Positions 1 through 10,430 of a stretch of DNA of 64,000 nt are shown here, in pieces; within the stretch, counting starts at the first letter, position 1, and each line of letters begins with the position of its first letter. The stretch lies in assembly GCA_048939015.1 (NCBI GenBank), contig JBHLPW010000008.1, positions 33,694-97,693 of the forward strand, written 5' to 3'. The notes beneath the pieces were generated by a model, which did not search any database, was not told the origin of the DNA, and worked only from the letters and a program-made list of their open reading frames with translations. Position numbers and translations under genes: made by a program. This DNA comes from Promethearchaeota archaeon (GTDB taxonomy: Archaea > Asgardarchaeota > Lokiarchaeia > Sigyniarchaeales > SOKP01).

Positions 1-273
1 TTCTTTAATTTCTTCTCAGGATTTATCGGCATGATTCTACTTACACGCCTTTTAAATGCCGAATTTATTAATGAACCCTTTTTATTTTACCTGTTTTTAT
101 TATTTATTTCAATGTTTATCTTCTGGTTGATTAATTTGATGACTTCATTGAAAATAAGAGGTAAGATCGCCAAATGGGAAAACTTATTCCCTAAGTTAGA
201 AGAGTGGGCTCAAGATTTAGAAAATTTTTCTTCTGAACACACATTTTTTTCTAATGAGAAAGAGCCCATATAA
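1..273 (+). CDS. 3' part of a membrane protein (truncated by window edge)
   Basis: Frame is open from position 1 (TTC TTT AAT...) to TAA at 271-273; hydrophobic helix followed by a polar tail. Confidence 0.55.
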   Translation, partial: FFNFFSGFIGMILLTRLLNAEFINEPFLFYLFLLFISMFIFWLINLMTSLKIRGKIAKWENLFPKLEEWAQDLENFSSEHTFFSNEKEPI

Positions 274-295
274 TTATCATTTTGGTGATGTTTGA

Positions 296-586
296 ATGAG
301 TTCTTCAAGACGTAGTAAATTCGAAATCTGGGCTGAAGTATTGGAATTTTGCTTAAGAGAAAAGAGAACTCAAACATGGTTATTAAGAGAAACACGGTTA
401 AAAACAAGCGCGATTAAAGAAACTCTACAATTTCTCTTATCTCGCAATTTAATTGAACAATTGAATGATGAGGATATTATTAAATATTGTACTACTGAAC
501 GAGGAGAAGAAGTATTAAAACGATTCTATACCTTAGTAAATGACTATTTTGATTTAAATCATAAGAGAAGCAAAAGTAATGAGTAA
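296..586 (+). CDS. Archaeal winged-helix transcriptional regulator (ArnR1/HTH_45-like)
   Basis: RRSKFEIW.E.L...KT..L..R.L.....L..L....L and Y..TERG pattern; 96 aa. Confidence 0.75.
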   Translation: MSSSRRSKFEIWAEVLEFCLREKRTQTWLLRETRLKTSAIKETLQFLLSRNLIEQLNDEDIIKYCTTERGEEVLKRFYTLVNDYFDLNHKRSKSNE

Positions 587-621
587 ATTCGATATTAAAT
601 TTTACAATGATTAAAAACAAA

Positions 622-1236
622 TTATAGGTCATTCAAAATTTCATTGATAACTTTTTTAAAAACCTTATAAGGTTGAGCTCCAATAATAAATCTGTCCTCA
701 ATAATGAAAGTAGGGACACCATTTATTCCATATGTTCTTAATTCTTTCAAGGTCTCTCGCAATATATTGGAAGGTTCGTCTGTTTCTAAATAATTTTTTA
801 TTTCATCCTTATCTAATCCAACCGATTCAGCAAGATCTAATAAAAAACTTTTGTCTCCGATATCTTTGCCCTCTAACCAATACGCCTCTAGTACTAATTT
901 ATGAAATTCTTCAAATTTCCCTTGTTTGCGAGCAAATTCAGAAATGAATAAAGCTAATCGTGAATTTGGTAATTTGTCAGCAAACTTAAGTTGTAGACCA
1001 TCCTCATCCGCAAGCCGTTTAACATTAGCGAATGCCATCTCTAAATAACCCTTAGGAAAAGGCAACTCGTTAACTTTTGCGCCCTGCTTTGGCGTTTCGG
1101 GATGAATCTCAAATGGTCTCCACTCAACATCAAGATTATACTCTTTCTTGAGTTGTTTCATTCGATGATATCCTATATAACAAAATGGACAAATATAATC
1201 AGAATACGCAATAATCTTTAACTTTCTTTGATTCAT
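622..1236 (-). CDS. DsbA/FrnE-family thioredoxin-fold oxidoreductase
   Basis: SDYICPFCYIG (CxxC), WRPFEIHP, GINGVPTF cis-Pro, GAQP. Confidence 0.9.
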   Translation of the reverse strand: MNQRKLKIIAYSDYICPFCYIGYHRMKQLKKEYNLDVEWRPFEIHPETPKQGAKVNELPFPKGYLEMAFANVKRLADEDGLQLKFADKLPNSRLALFISEFARKQGKFEEFHKLVLEAYWLEGKDIGDKSFLLDLAESVGLDKDEIKNYLETDEPSNILRETLKELRTYGINGVPTFIIEDRFIIGAQPYKVFKKVINEILNDL

Positions 1237-1401
1237 GTGTACGCTTAAAAAGAAAGTATAATCTTAAATAGTTTGTTCAATTGAAAATTAGGAAAAATTT
1301 GGCTAAGGTTTATTCTTTAGAAATTTCTAAATTATTAATTAGGTTATATTTTAATATTCAATATTATGATATCAAATAAGATGTGAAAATGAGAAGGATT
1401 A

Positions 1402-2799
1402 ATGCCAGATAAAGAACAAAAAATACTTAAGAGTAAAGTGGCAATAGCACGGCATTATTTACCCGTAGAAGAGCGTATAAATAATTTTGAAGAGGTTAAT
1501 CTAGGATATTTAGATTTAGAGGAAGTAATCAAAGAATGCGAACGTTGCCACCAATGCTTTAGAAATAGCGATCCTGAAATAAAACCCCCTCCTTGTATGA
1601 AATATTGCCCTACTCATTGTAATTCTAGAGAAATTATTAGAAATGTGTTAGATAATAAGATCGACGAGGCTCTCAAGATTATTTATAAACATTATCCCTT
1701 TCCAAGAAGTGTTGAAAGAGTTTGCCCCGGTTATTGTCAACTTCATTGTACTGCTGGTATAAAAGGAGATCCAATTGAAATTCCGATGATAAAACGATTC
1801 TTAGTGGATAATTATGGTCCGCTTGAAGATTACTTTAAATGTAAACCTGACATGGATAAGAAAGTAGCTATTTTAGGTTCTGGACCACTTGGTCTCACGG
1901 TTGCATTTTATTTAAGGAAATATGGAATTAAAACGACTATTTTTGAAAAACATGATATAATTGGTGGAATGCTTACCACTGAAATCCCCGAATTTCGATT
2001 ACCAAGGTCAGTTTTGAATACAGAAATAGAAAACTTAAAACATTGTGGAATTGAAATCATAACGAATAAAAGTATTGATAAGAAATTTAGTATTAACCAA
2101 ATTTTTCAGTTAGGTTATCATATTATAGTAATAGGTATCGGTGCTCAGAAAGCTAAAATCCTTGAATTTCCAGGAAGAGATACAAAAATTGTTCTACAAG
2201 CTCTAAAATTTTTAAAAAGTCATAATCTTCAAGAAAACATACCTAATCTGAAGAATAAGAAAGTAGTCGTAATAGGGGGCGGAAGTACTGCCACAGATGC
2301 TGCTAGGGTTGCTAAGCGACTTGGAGCAGATGTATCTATTTTATATCGAAGAGAAAAGGAGCATATGCCTGCTGGTAAAGTTGAAATTAAAGATACAGAA
2401 GATGAGGGTATATATATCGAATTTTTAATAGAACCAAAAGAATTTTATTGCTCTGAAGATGAAACTAAAGGAATTATGTGCCAAAAAATAGAACTGGGAG
2501 ATATAGATGCTACTGGTCGTCCTACTCCGATCCCTATTGAGGATGTAGAAATTAAAGTTGAAGCTGATTATATTATTGAAGCTATTGGTCAAGAAATCGA
2601 CTTAACTGGATTTGATAAAGATAAATTTAAGTTAACAAGAGCAAATACTTTTATTGTAAATGAAAAGTTCTTCACAAACGTTCCTAGAGTGTTAGCAGGA
2701 GGAGATTGCGTGCTTGGATCGAAAAGTGTGGTTGATGCTGTAGCTCATGGAAAATTAATCGCAGATCAAATCTACTTTTTTTTAAAAGATAAGCATTAA
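1402..2799 (+). CDS. GltD/NfnB(SudA)-like FAD- and [4Fe-4S]-dependent NAD(P)H oxidoreductase
   Basis: ERINNFEEV, CERCHQC..PCMKYCP..RVCP..CQLHC, GSGPLG, IPEFRLP, GGGSTATD, GGD. Confidence 0.9.
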   Translation: MPDKEQKILKSKVAIARHYLPVEERINNFEEVNLGYLDLEEVIKECERCHQCFRNSDPEIKPPPCMKYCPTHCNSREIIRNVLDNKIDEALKIIYKHYPFPRSVERVCPGYCQLHCTAGIKGDPIEIPMIKRFLVDNYGPLEDYFKCKPDMDKKVAILGSGPLGLTVAFYLRKYGIKTTIFEKHDIIGGMLTTEIPEFRLPRSVLNTEIENLKHCGIEIITNKSIDKKFSINQIFQLGYHIIVIGIGAQKAKILEFPGRDTKIVLQALKFLKSHNLQENIPNLKNKKVVVIGGGSTATDAARVAKRLGADVSILYRREKEHMPAGKVEIKDTEDEGIYIEFLIEPKEFYCSEDETKGIMCQKIELGDIDATGRPTPIPIEDVEIKVEADYIIEAIGQEIDLTGFDKDKFKLTRANTFIVNEKFFTNVPRVLAGGDCVLGSKSVVDAVAHGKLIADQIYFFLKDKH

Positions 2800-2874
2800 A
2801 AAAGATTAAGAAAACTATATTAAGAAAAAATAGTAAGTTATAGTATTAACTAGAGAAGATTAGGTCTTACAGAT

Positions 2875-3975
2875 ATGTCGGAAAAAGTTTGGTATAAAGC
2901 TGCTAAATTGATAGTAAGAGCGAGTGGTAATCCTTTATTTCAAGCCAATAATACATTGGTTGATATCTTAAAAACTCTTCTAACTGAAGAACAAGTTAAT
3001 TTTTTGCTTAATTTTAGGAAACCGAAGTTGACATTGGAAGAGTTGAAGGAAAAAACCGAAATGAATGAAAATAAATTAATGGAATTGTTAAATTCTTTAA
3101 TGGATAATGGAATTATAATGGATGTGCCGTTGGAAAATTCTCAGATAATGCAATACTGTCTATTAGCACCTGTAGCAGATACTTTTGAATATTCTCTTAT
3201 TGGAGAGCGCCCAATTGAGCAAAAGAAGAAATTAGCTCTTCTTTTTGAGAAAATGTTTAAAGAAACAATAGAGTTGGTTCAAACTAATTATGAGGGCTTA
3301 CAACCGATATTTAAGGAAAGATTGCCTATTTTTGCAAGAATTATTCCGATTGAAAAGGAAATAACCGTTCCGCAGGAAAAAGTATTGCCATTGCATGAAG
3401 CTTCTAAAATTATAGATGAACAGGATATTATATGTCTTTCTGAATGCCCTTGTAAACTTGAAAAAGCTCTTTTAGGAGATCCTTGTAAAACCTCTAGTGA
3501 TAGATTTAGGTGCTTTCATTTTGGAAATATGGGTCGTTACTTTTTAGACCATGGGCTAGGTAAATCTGTATCTAAAGAAGAAGCTAAGAAAATCCTACTA
3601 GAAGCTGAAGAAGAAGGGCTTGTTCATAAGACATTTCATGATGATTTTAGTTTCGATAAAAAGGAAAATTCAATTTGTAATTGTTGTAAGTGTTGTTGTA
3701 TTCTCTTTCAAATGTATTATCGTGGCATTTTATCATTTCATACTATGACATCCTACATTGCGAAAGTAGATGAGAACAAATGTGTAGGTTGCAGTGTTTG
3801 TGTGGAAAAATGTCCGATTGAAGCAGTATCTTTAATAAATGATAAAGCTCATAACGACGAAAACAAATGTATAGGTTGTGGAGTTTGTGTTCATCATTGC
3901 CCTGAGAATGCTAGGTCTTTAGAACGAACTGAAGAGAGAGAGATATACCTTCCTCCATTAAAAATGAAAGAATAA
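2875..3975 (+). CDS. Cys-rich iron-sulfur protein with C-terminal 2x[4Fe-4S] ferredoxin domain
   Basis: CPCK..PC..RC, AEEEGLVH, ICNCCKCCC, two CxxCxxCxxxCP motifs. Confidence 0.85.
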   Translation: MSEKVWYKAAKLIVRASGNPLFQANNTLVDILKTLLTEEQVNFLLNFRKPKLTLEELKEKTEMNENKLMELLNSLMDNGIIMDVPLENSQIMQYCLLAPVADTFEYSLIGERPIEQKKKLALLFEKMFKETIELVQTNYEGLQPIFKERLPIFARIIPIEKEITVPQEKVLPLHEASKIIDEQDIICLSECPCKLEKALLGDPCKTSSDRFRCFHFGNMGRYFLDHGLGKSVSKEEAKKILLEAEEEGLVHKTFHDDFSFDKKENSICNCCKCCCILFQMYYRGILSFHTMTSYIAKVDENKCVGCSVCVEKCPIEAVSLINDKAHNDENKCIGCGVCVHHCPENARSLERTEEREIYLPPLKMKE

Positions 3976-4142
3976 ACATACACTACGTAAAGTTAAGGGT
4001 CCATTTATGTTTCTATCTCATTCTTATTTAATGATGTTGATTAATTCTTTGGAGTAAATTCCCACAATTAATATACGTTAAATTAATTAATCATTTAAAA
4101 TAATCCATATGTAGTTTCCATTTGGATTAATTTTGATGTATT

Positions 4143-5870
4143 ATGTTAGAAAGTAAAAAGAATTCTAAATTTGGCTCCAGTTCCTTATTAACAATTTTAA
4201 TTTTTATAATAATCATATCCTTATTAGCCTGGATTACATATGGTACATATGAAGGTATTATTGGTAGTTTAGCTTATTTGATCATTGGATTCTTAAACTT
4301 TTTTCCATGGATTATTCCATTTGTGGGAATTCCATTGGGTATATTGGATGTATTAGATATCTTTGGCTTTAAAATGTATAACTTCACATTAAATGGCGCC
4401 CATTTAAACTCTAGTTGGTTACCTGGTACATGGTTTTTGATTATTTCTATCATTGGGAGCATAATTGATATTTTTTTGATGTATCTTATAATATCATGGT
4501 TAATAGGATTAAAATATAAGAAGAAGGAACCAAAATCCAATTTAGCTCTAATAAATTGCAGTATTATTGATGGAAATAGAGAAAGTGAAATAATTCCTAA
4601 TGGAGTTATCCTAATTAAAAACATTGTAGAAAAAGAAGAACAACCGGGCAAAATTTTCGGAGTTGGCACTGAAAACGAAATTGATATTCCAAAAGATTAT
4701 AAAAAAGTTGACTTAAAAGGTGCTTATATTCTCCCGGGTTTGATTAACGCGCATTGCCATTTGATGGGAAGCGGAAAGCCTACTAAATTGATGAAATTAA
4801 GCGATAATACCATGAAAAAGTTATTTAAAATCCTTGCTACACCATTCGGAAAATTAATTTTATTTAAACTTATGAAAAGAAATTCATTAAATGCCTTACA
4901 AAGCGGGGTTACCACAATGCGTTCTATGTCAGACCCGTTATATATCGACTTAAAACTAAGAGATCGAATAAATAATGGCAAAATAATTGGACCAAGATTA
5001 TTATGTGCTGGTAAAGGAATTTGTATCACGGGAGGCCATGGTTGGATAAATTCTTTCGTAGCAGACTCTATTCCTGAAATTAGACAAGCTGTAAGATGGA
5101 ATTTACGCATGAGAGTTGACCATATAAAAATCCTTTCTACTGGAGGTGTTATGGATGCGAGAAAAGTAGGAGAAGCTGGACGCCCCCAAATGACTATAGA
5201 AGAGATAGAGACTGCATGTTTTGAAGCCCATAGAGGCGGTTTATTAGTTGCAACCCATTGTGAGTCCACGGAAAGGATAAAAGAAGCTTTAGAGGGAGGA
5301 GTCGATAGTATAGAACATGCTGCCGAAATTCCTGATGATTTAGTTCCCTTAATTATAAATAATCCTAAAACTTTAAGAGGATATACGGTAATTGTTCCCA
5401 CCATTTCTGCCGGTATGGGAATGGCTGTTTTGCCCAAAGAAGAGACTAAAATTACGTCAGAAAGCTTTGAAAACGCTCAGATTATTGAAAAAGGAATGAT
5501 TTCAGCATTACGAAAAGCATATAAGGAAAAAATGAGAATATCGTGTGGTACTGATGCATCTGTTCCCTATTCCGTACAATATGAACTATGGAAGGAATTA
5601 AAATATTACTTGAAATATACCGATATGAGTGTACAAGAAGCAATATATTATGCCACATTAGGAAATGCAGAAAACATCGGTATCGATGATATCACGGGGA
5701 GTATTGAAACTGGAAAGTTTGCTGACCTAATTGTAGTTCCAGGGAATCCTTTAGAAAAAATTGATTATTTAGGCGAAGTTACAAATGTGATTATCAGAGG
5801 AAATCTTATTAAAAATCCTAAAGTTAAAAGAATAAAAAAACTGAAAGAATTTCCCCCAATCGAGATTTAA
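4143..5870 (+). CDS. Metal-dependent amidohydrolase (prolidase-like subgroup) with N-terminal membrane domain
   Basis: PGLINAHCH, TGGHG, IKI, ATHC, SIEHA, GTD, GKFADL; first ~120 aa hydrophobic. Confidence 0.85.
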   Translation: MLESKKNSKFGSSSLLTILIFIIIISLLAWITYGTYEGIIGSLAYLIIGFLNFFPWIIPFVGIPLGILDVLDIFGFKMYNFTLNGAHLNSSWLPGTWFLIISIIGSIIDIFLMYLIISWLIGLKYKKKEPKSNLALINCSIIDGNRESEIIPNGVILIKNIVEKEEQPGKIFGVGTENEIDIPKDYKKVDLKGAYILPGLINAHCHLMGSGKPTKLMKLSDNTMKKLFKILATPFGKLILFKLMKRNSLNALQSGVTTMRSMSDPLYIDLKLRDRINNGKIIGPRLLCAGKGICITGGHGWINSFVADSIPEIRQAVRWNLRMRVDHIKILSTGGVMDARKVGEAGRPQMTIEEIETACFEAHRGGLLVATHCESTERIKEALEGGVDSIEHAAEIPDDLVPLIINNPKTLRGYTVIVPTISAGMGMAVLPKEETKITSESFENAQIIEKGMISALRKAYKEKMRISCGTDASVPYSVQYELWKELKYYLKYTDMSVQEAIYYATLGNAENIGIDDITGSIETGKFADLIVVPGNPLEKIDYLGEVTNVIIRGNLIKNPKVKRIKKLKEFPPIEI

Positions 5871-5950
5871 TTTTTTTATATTCTAAGAGATTTTATTCCT
5901 TTCCTTTCAAAATAAGAATCCTTTTGAGAAATATAAAGGAAAAAAAAAAG

Positions 5951-7201
5951 TTATTTCTTAATTCTTCTGATTACAATAACTGTTAATATAATCAACAAAC
6001 TATATACTACATAATAATTATATCCTGGTATTGGTGGACCTAATGCTGAAATTATTTTGAAATAATCACTCCAATCATATTGACTTGAATTATCTGAATT
6101 TATGATTTTTACTCTCCAATCTGTTCCAATCTCAATATTTTCATCAATGGCCCAATGCCAGAAGCCAGTGTTTGAAACATTATAATCACTATACTTCAGA
6201 GCATCTCCTTTATATATTTCAATATCCACATTGATAATAATTCCTGTAATTGACCAGGAAATACTGTGGCTAGTTCCTTGTTGCCAAGAATCTGAACTTG
6301 TCGGCCTGTTAATTGTTATCGTCCCTGATCCAACATTAATCGAAAAATAGTCACTATATCCATACAAATTTGGATCATTATAATCTGATATTTTAATTCT
6401 ATAATCTGTTCCCCTATAATTTCCAGTTGGAGATACATAAAAATCGTATTCACCATCATTTACAGCTGATGTGTATGTAATATTTTCTATTAGAGTAGTT
6501 CCCTTATATAGCTGAATTTTTACATCTTCAACTGTACCGATACTCGTCCATCTAATACCATAAAAAGCTGAATCCACCCAAATTGAGGAAGAGCTTGGGT
6601 ATGTGACTGTTATTTCTGCATTCTCAGGATACGTCCAAATGATTTGAGGAGCACTTTCTGGGCTAAAATATCCTTCTCTTGTCAAAATAGGGCTATTATC
6701 ATCTACATAATCTTCATTTTTTATATAAGCACAGATCGAGATATTATTTCTGCCAGTGATAAAATTTGAGACATCAATCTTATAAATGTCAGTTCGATTT
6801 ATGAGTAAAGTACTAATTTCAATTCCTTTTGTAGGTTTATTAAGCCAAGTCATTGAAAATTCACCCCATTGCTCCTCTATCAAACAAATTGTTACATTTT
6901 TTATCAAAGTAATAAAGCCACAATACAATGAGATTTCTGCTTTCGTAAAGTTGGTTGGTTTATCTGAGAAAGAAAAGTAAAAATACGCCTCAGCATCATA
7001 TACATGCAAAAATGCTCCCGCTAATGCATAATCTACCGATCCATAATTAGTTGAATTTTCATAAGAATTTACATATGTATCTTTTTCTGCTATTGTAGAA
7101 ATTGTTTGATCCCTAAGTATCGCTCTTGCAGGAGGAGCAAGAAATGTAAATCCTGCAATAAATAAAACACATATCAAAATTGCAACTGTTATCTTTTTCA
7201 T
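5951..7201 (-). CDS. Surface protein: DNRLRE/CBM96-like domain, two Ig-like repeats, C-terminal sorting tail
   Basis: Signal peptide; KDTYV..NYG, W.E..MTWLNKP; two ITxP..W..I.W repeats; IPGYN-TM-RRIKK tail. Confidence 0.75.
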   Translation of the reverse strand: MKKITVAILICVLFIAGFTFLAPPARAILRDQTISTIAEKDTYVNSYENSTNYGSVDYALAGAFLHVYDAEAYFYFSFSDKPTNFTKAEISLYCGFITLIKNVTICLIEEQWGEFSMTWLNKPTKGIEISTLLINRTDIYKIDVSNFITGRNNISICAYIKNEDYVDDNSPILTREGYFSPESAPQIIWTYPENAEITVTYPSSSSIWVDSAFYGIRWTSIGTVEDVKIQLYKGTTLIENITYTSAVNDGEYDFYVSPTGNYRGTDYRIKISDYNDPNLYGYSDYFSINVGSGTITINRPTSSDSWQQGTSHSISWSITGIIINVDIEIYKGDALKYSDYNVSNTGFWHWAIDENIEIGTDWRVKIINSDNSSQYDWSDYFKIISALGPPIPGYNYYVVYSLLIILTVIVIRRIKK

Positions 7202-7502
7202 TTTAGTTTGCCCTTTTATTAAAATTCACAAATAATCAAATTAAAATTTTAAATAGGTTTTCGCAAAATTACACAATAATGTATAAATTACATTTATGTT
7301 CAAATCATATAAATGTTTTACCTAAGACATGAAGATATTAGAAATTTAAACTTTATGTAATTAATAAAATATCAAATCTTATACTCCGTATTTGGCACCA
7401 ACATATAAAACATCCAGAGTAATTGGTCCAATAACTACAATTTTTTTTCAATTAAACTAGATTTATATTAACCATTAAGGATAAAAAATATAGTTAGAAT
7501 GA

Positions 7503-8744
7503 TTAATAAGCCTCATCTTTAATTTTGGAGGGTATTTCTTTTACTTGTTGGGCTAATTCCATTGCTATTTTTTCACCTTTTTCAAGTTGTTCTACAGTAG
7601 GATAGCCATTGAAAGTAAGTGATTCTAAAATATCCCAATGCATATTTTCAGCTAATTTATCAAAATCTTTCTGTGCTCCCCCACTCCATCCATAAGATCC
7701 AAAATAAAGCACTTTTTTATGTATAATGCGCTTTTTCTTTAATAATTCCATGAAATATTTCATAGGGGGAAACATTCCATATTCATATGTTGGTGCTCCT
7801 ATTATGAGACCTGCAGATTTATAAGCATCTGCAAGAGCGAACGAGGGATCCTCATTAGGTAATCGATGTACCTTTATAGGTATACCTACTTTACTAATCC
7901 CTCTTAAAACTGAATTCAACATTACTTCTGTATTACCATACATACTTCCCCAGACAACACAAATCGCTGGTTCCGCGTATTCTTTATTGTAATTAGCAAA
8001 CCGTTTATACTTCTTTACTATTACATCCGGGGAGCTACGCCAAACTAAACCATGTGAAGGTGCGATCATATTAATTTTTAAATTTGATAATTTTTCAATT
8101 GCGTTTAATACATTACCTGAGAATGTAGATATAATATTAGCATAATAACGTAGCATTTCTGCTTCCCAATATGGTTTACTCTCATCTGGGGTTTCATCTT
8201 CGAATATACATCCTTGGTGAACCCCAAATGCTCCAAAAGCATCACCAGCAAATAAAATTCCCGAACTCTTTTCATAAGTAACCATTGTTTCTGGCCAATG
8301 AACATTAGGAATTTCAACAAATTCTAATTTCTTATTTTTTCCTAAATCAATTACATCGCCAGTTTTAACAGCCTTTAAATTACTTTCAATATGGTAAAAT
8401 GCTTTTACTAAATCTACTCCTTTCTGAGTTGATATAATTTCTGCGTCTGGAGATAAAGAATTTACTAAATATGTAAATCCGGTATGATCAGGTTCAAGAT
8501 GGTTTAAAATAATATAATCTATGTCTGATAATTTAATTGAAATCGATTCAAGATTTTTAATTAGGGTTAGAGCCGCTCCGCCCCATTCTCTAACTAATTC
8601 AATTATAGCTATTTTGTCACCTTTCACAATATATGAATTTAGAGCTACACCATTAGGAATTGGCCATATACCCTCAAATAAATCCTCTGTATGAACGTTA
8701 GCTCCTATCCAATATATGTCATCAGTTAATTTTATAGCAACCAT
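7503..8744 (-). CDS. fprA: Flavodiiron protein (FprA/type A flavoprotein; O2/NO reductase)
   Basis: NHLEPDH, HWPETM, GDAFG, PSHG; flavodoxin SMYGNT and GSYGWSGG. Confidence 0.92.
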   Translation of the reverse strand: MVAIKLTDDIYWIGANVHTEDLFEGIWPIPNGVALNSYIVKGDKIAIIELVREWGGAALTLIKNLESISIKLSDIDYIILNHLEPDHTGFTYLVNSLSPDAEIISTQKGVDLVKAFYHIESNLKAVKTGDVIDLGKNKKLEFVEIPNVHWPETMVTYEKSSGILFAGDAFGAFGVHQGCIFEDETPDESKPYWEAEMLRYYANIISTFSGNVLNAIEKLSNLKINMIAPSHGLVWRSSPDVIVKKYKRFANYNKEYAEPAICVVWGSMYGNTEVMLNSVLRGISKVGIPIKVHRLPNEDPSFALADAYKSAGLIIGAPTYEYGMFPPMKYFMELLKKKRIIHKKVLYFGSYGWSGGAQKDFDKLAENMHWDILESLTFNGYPTVEQLEKGEKIAMELAQQVKEIPSKIKDEAY

Positions 8745-8849
8745 TAATGCTCACATAACTATTTTAAGAACAAAATAAAGTCTATTATCTTTTAATATTC
8801 ATAAATCAAATTAAATCCTACCCTAATTTATTATTAGGATCACTTAACA

Positions 8850-9782
8850 TTAAAGTGTAGAAGTTTGATTCTGTATAATGGCTTTAAGCTCTTTTACCCG
8901 ACTTCGTAATGTAACTTCAGTTGTTTTTGCAGCTTTTGCTACTTCTATCTGAGTTTTTTTGAATTCAGTCTTCAAAGCAACCATATATAACACTGCAGCA
9001 GCTAAACCTTTAGGATCTTTTCCAATTAAAATTTGCCTATTTTTCTTACTCCTATCAATTATCTTTATAGCTTTCATTTGTAATTCTATTGGTAATCCTA
9101 ATCTATTGCCAAAAAGAAAAATCAGCTTATTAACTGAAATTGGATGATAATCTAAATGTAAACGTGGGAGTACTTTTTTAACAATCAAACTCAAGGATCG
9201 AAATAATGTACGGTGAGGAACCATTGACACATCAGCTACATCGTCAAGTAATTTTGGAAATTCATGAATTCTGATGGCAGCATATATAGAGGCTGCAATG
9301 AATCCATCGATTGACCTTCCCATTGTAAGTTTTTGTTTAACTACTTCATTGTATATTTTCCAAGCTGTTTCAGTAATATATTTGGGAATATTAAGTTTTG
9401 ACGCAAACTGCTTAAATTTCGGTTTAGCTTCCCATAAATTCCTTTCCAAAGAATTTATTAGCGACCTTTGAATTTTTGAGAGCCTTGAAAAAAGTATACC
9501 TGATTTCGCATTAATTGTTTGTCCTTTTGAATCAATTCTACCTGTAGGAAGAATAGTTCTTGGACCAAATTCTCTCCACGAGGGCTCCGTCTGTCTTCTA
9601 TTTTTAACTTCTTCCCCTGTATAAGCTCTACGTTCATTTTTTACAAAAACTTGTCCTAAAATGGTACCACAATTTATACAGATTTTATTTCCACTTTTAA
9701 CTTTCACACATGGATTATCACAACAATGATCTACTTCTGAACAAATTTCGATTGGGAAAACAGTATGTTCCTTCTTATAAAT
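8850..9782 (-). CDS. tfb: Transcription initiation factor IIB (TFB paralog); start extended to ATT at 9782
   Basis: Zn ribbon CCDNP...CINCG, ERRAY B-reader, two cyclin repeats (GRSIDGFIAASIY; GKDPKGLAAA; TEVTLRSR). ORF-track GTG at 9707 cuts the Zn ribbon. Confidence 0.92.
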   Translation of the reverse strand: MYKKEHTVFPIEICSEVDHCCDNPCVKVKSGNKICINCGTILGQVFVKNERRAYTGEEVKNRRQTEPSWREFGPRTILPTGRIDSKGQTINAKSGILFSRLSKIQRSLINSLERNLWEAKPKFKQFASKLNIPKYITETAWKIYNEVVKQKLTMGRSIDGFIAASIYAAIRIHEFPKLLDDVADVSMVPHRTLFRSLSLIVKKVLPRLHLDYHPISVNKLIFLFGNRLGLPIELQMKAIKIIDRSKKNRQILIGKDPKGLAAAVLYMVALKTEFKKTQIEVAKAAKTTEVTLRSRVKELKAIIQNQTSTL

Positions 9783-10007
9783 TTGAATTACTCCCTTAAC
9801 GGTAATTAAGAATCCTTTTTAGATGGGAAAGATTAGATTGGTTCTTATCCCCAATATTCCCCTAAAAATATAAAGTGAAAAATTTGAGCCTTATATTAAA
9901 TAAGCTATAAGCATGTAAGACATAATTTTAAGAAGTTAGAAGCAAAATAACATTAATTGAGATTTTTAATGAAAAATCCTAATAATATACAAGGCTTAAT
10001 AATAATT

Positions 10008-10430
10008 ATGGATACAAAACGAAAAACTTTCTTAAAAGAAGACTATGTTCAAGGATTTCCAGCGTATTGTGGATTTATTGTTGAAAATGTGGGTAATGGT
10101 GAATTCCAGTCCCGTCTTGTTATTAAACCTGAACATAGACAAAAAGAGGGTTATGTTCATGCGGGTGTTCTCGCTACAATGGCAGATCATACAGCAGGGT
10201 ATTCTGCATATACCCTAGTACCCGAAAACATGCGTATTCTCACAATTGAATTCAAAATTAATTATTTGAAACCTGTTAAAGGTGACGAGATTATTTGTAA
10301 ATCCAAAGTAATTAGCGCAGGAAAGAAAATAATCGTTTCTGAATCTGAAATATACTCTAAATCCGAGAAAAAAGAAGATCTGGTTTCAAAAGCAATGGTA
10401 ACTCTAATTGCTGTTAATTCATCAAACTAA
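10008..10430 (+). CDS. PaaI-family hotdog thioesterase
   Basis: GYVHAGVLATMAD, TIEFKINYLKP; ATG at 10008 preferred; 3' end overlaps convergent ldh. Confidence 0.88.
   Translation: MDTKRKTFLKEDYVQGFPAYCGFIVENVGNGEFQSRLVIKPEHRQKEGYVHAGVLATMADHTAGYSAYTLVPENMRILTIEFKINYLKPVKGDEIICKSKVISAGKKIIVSESEIYSKSEKKEDLVSKAMVTLIAVNSSN

Noticed and set aside
4274-5437. Long antisense ORFs (131 and 237 aa) and many other short overlapping ORF-track entries
   Set aside because: They lie opposite or inside well-supported genes and have no motifs; typical shadow ORFs
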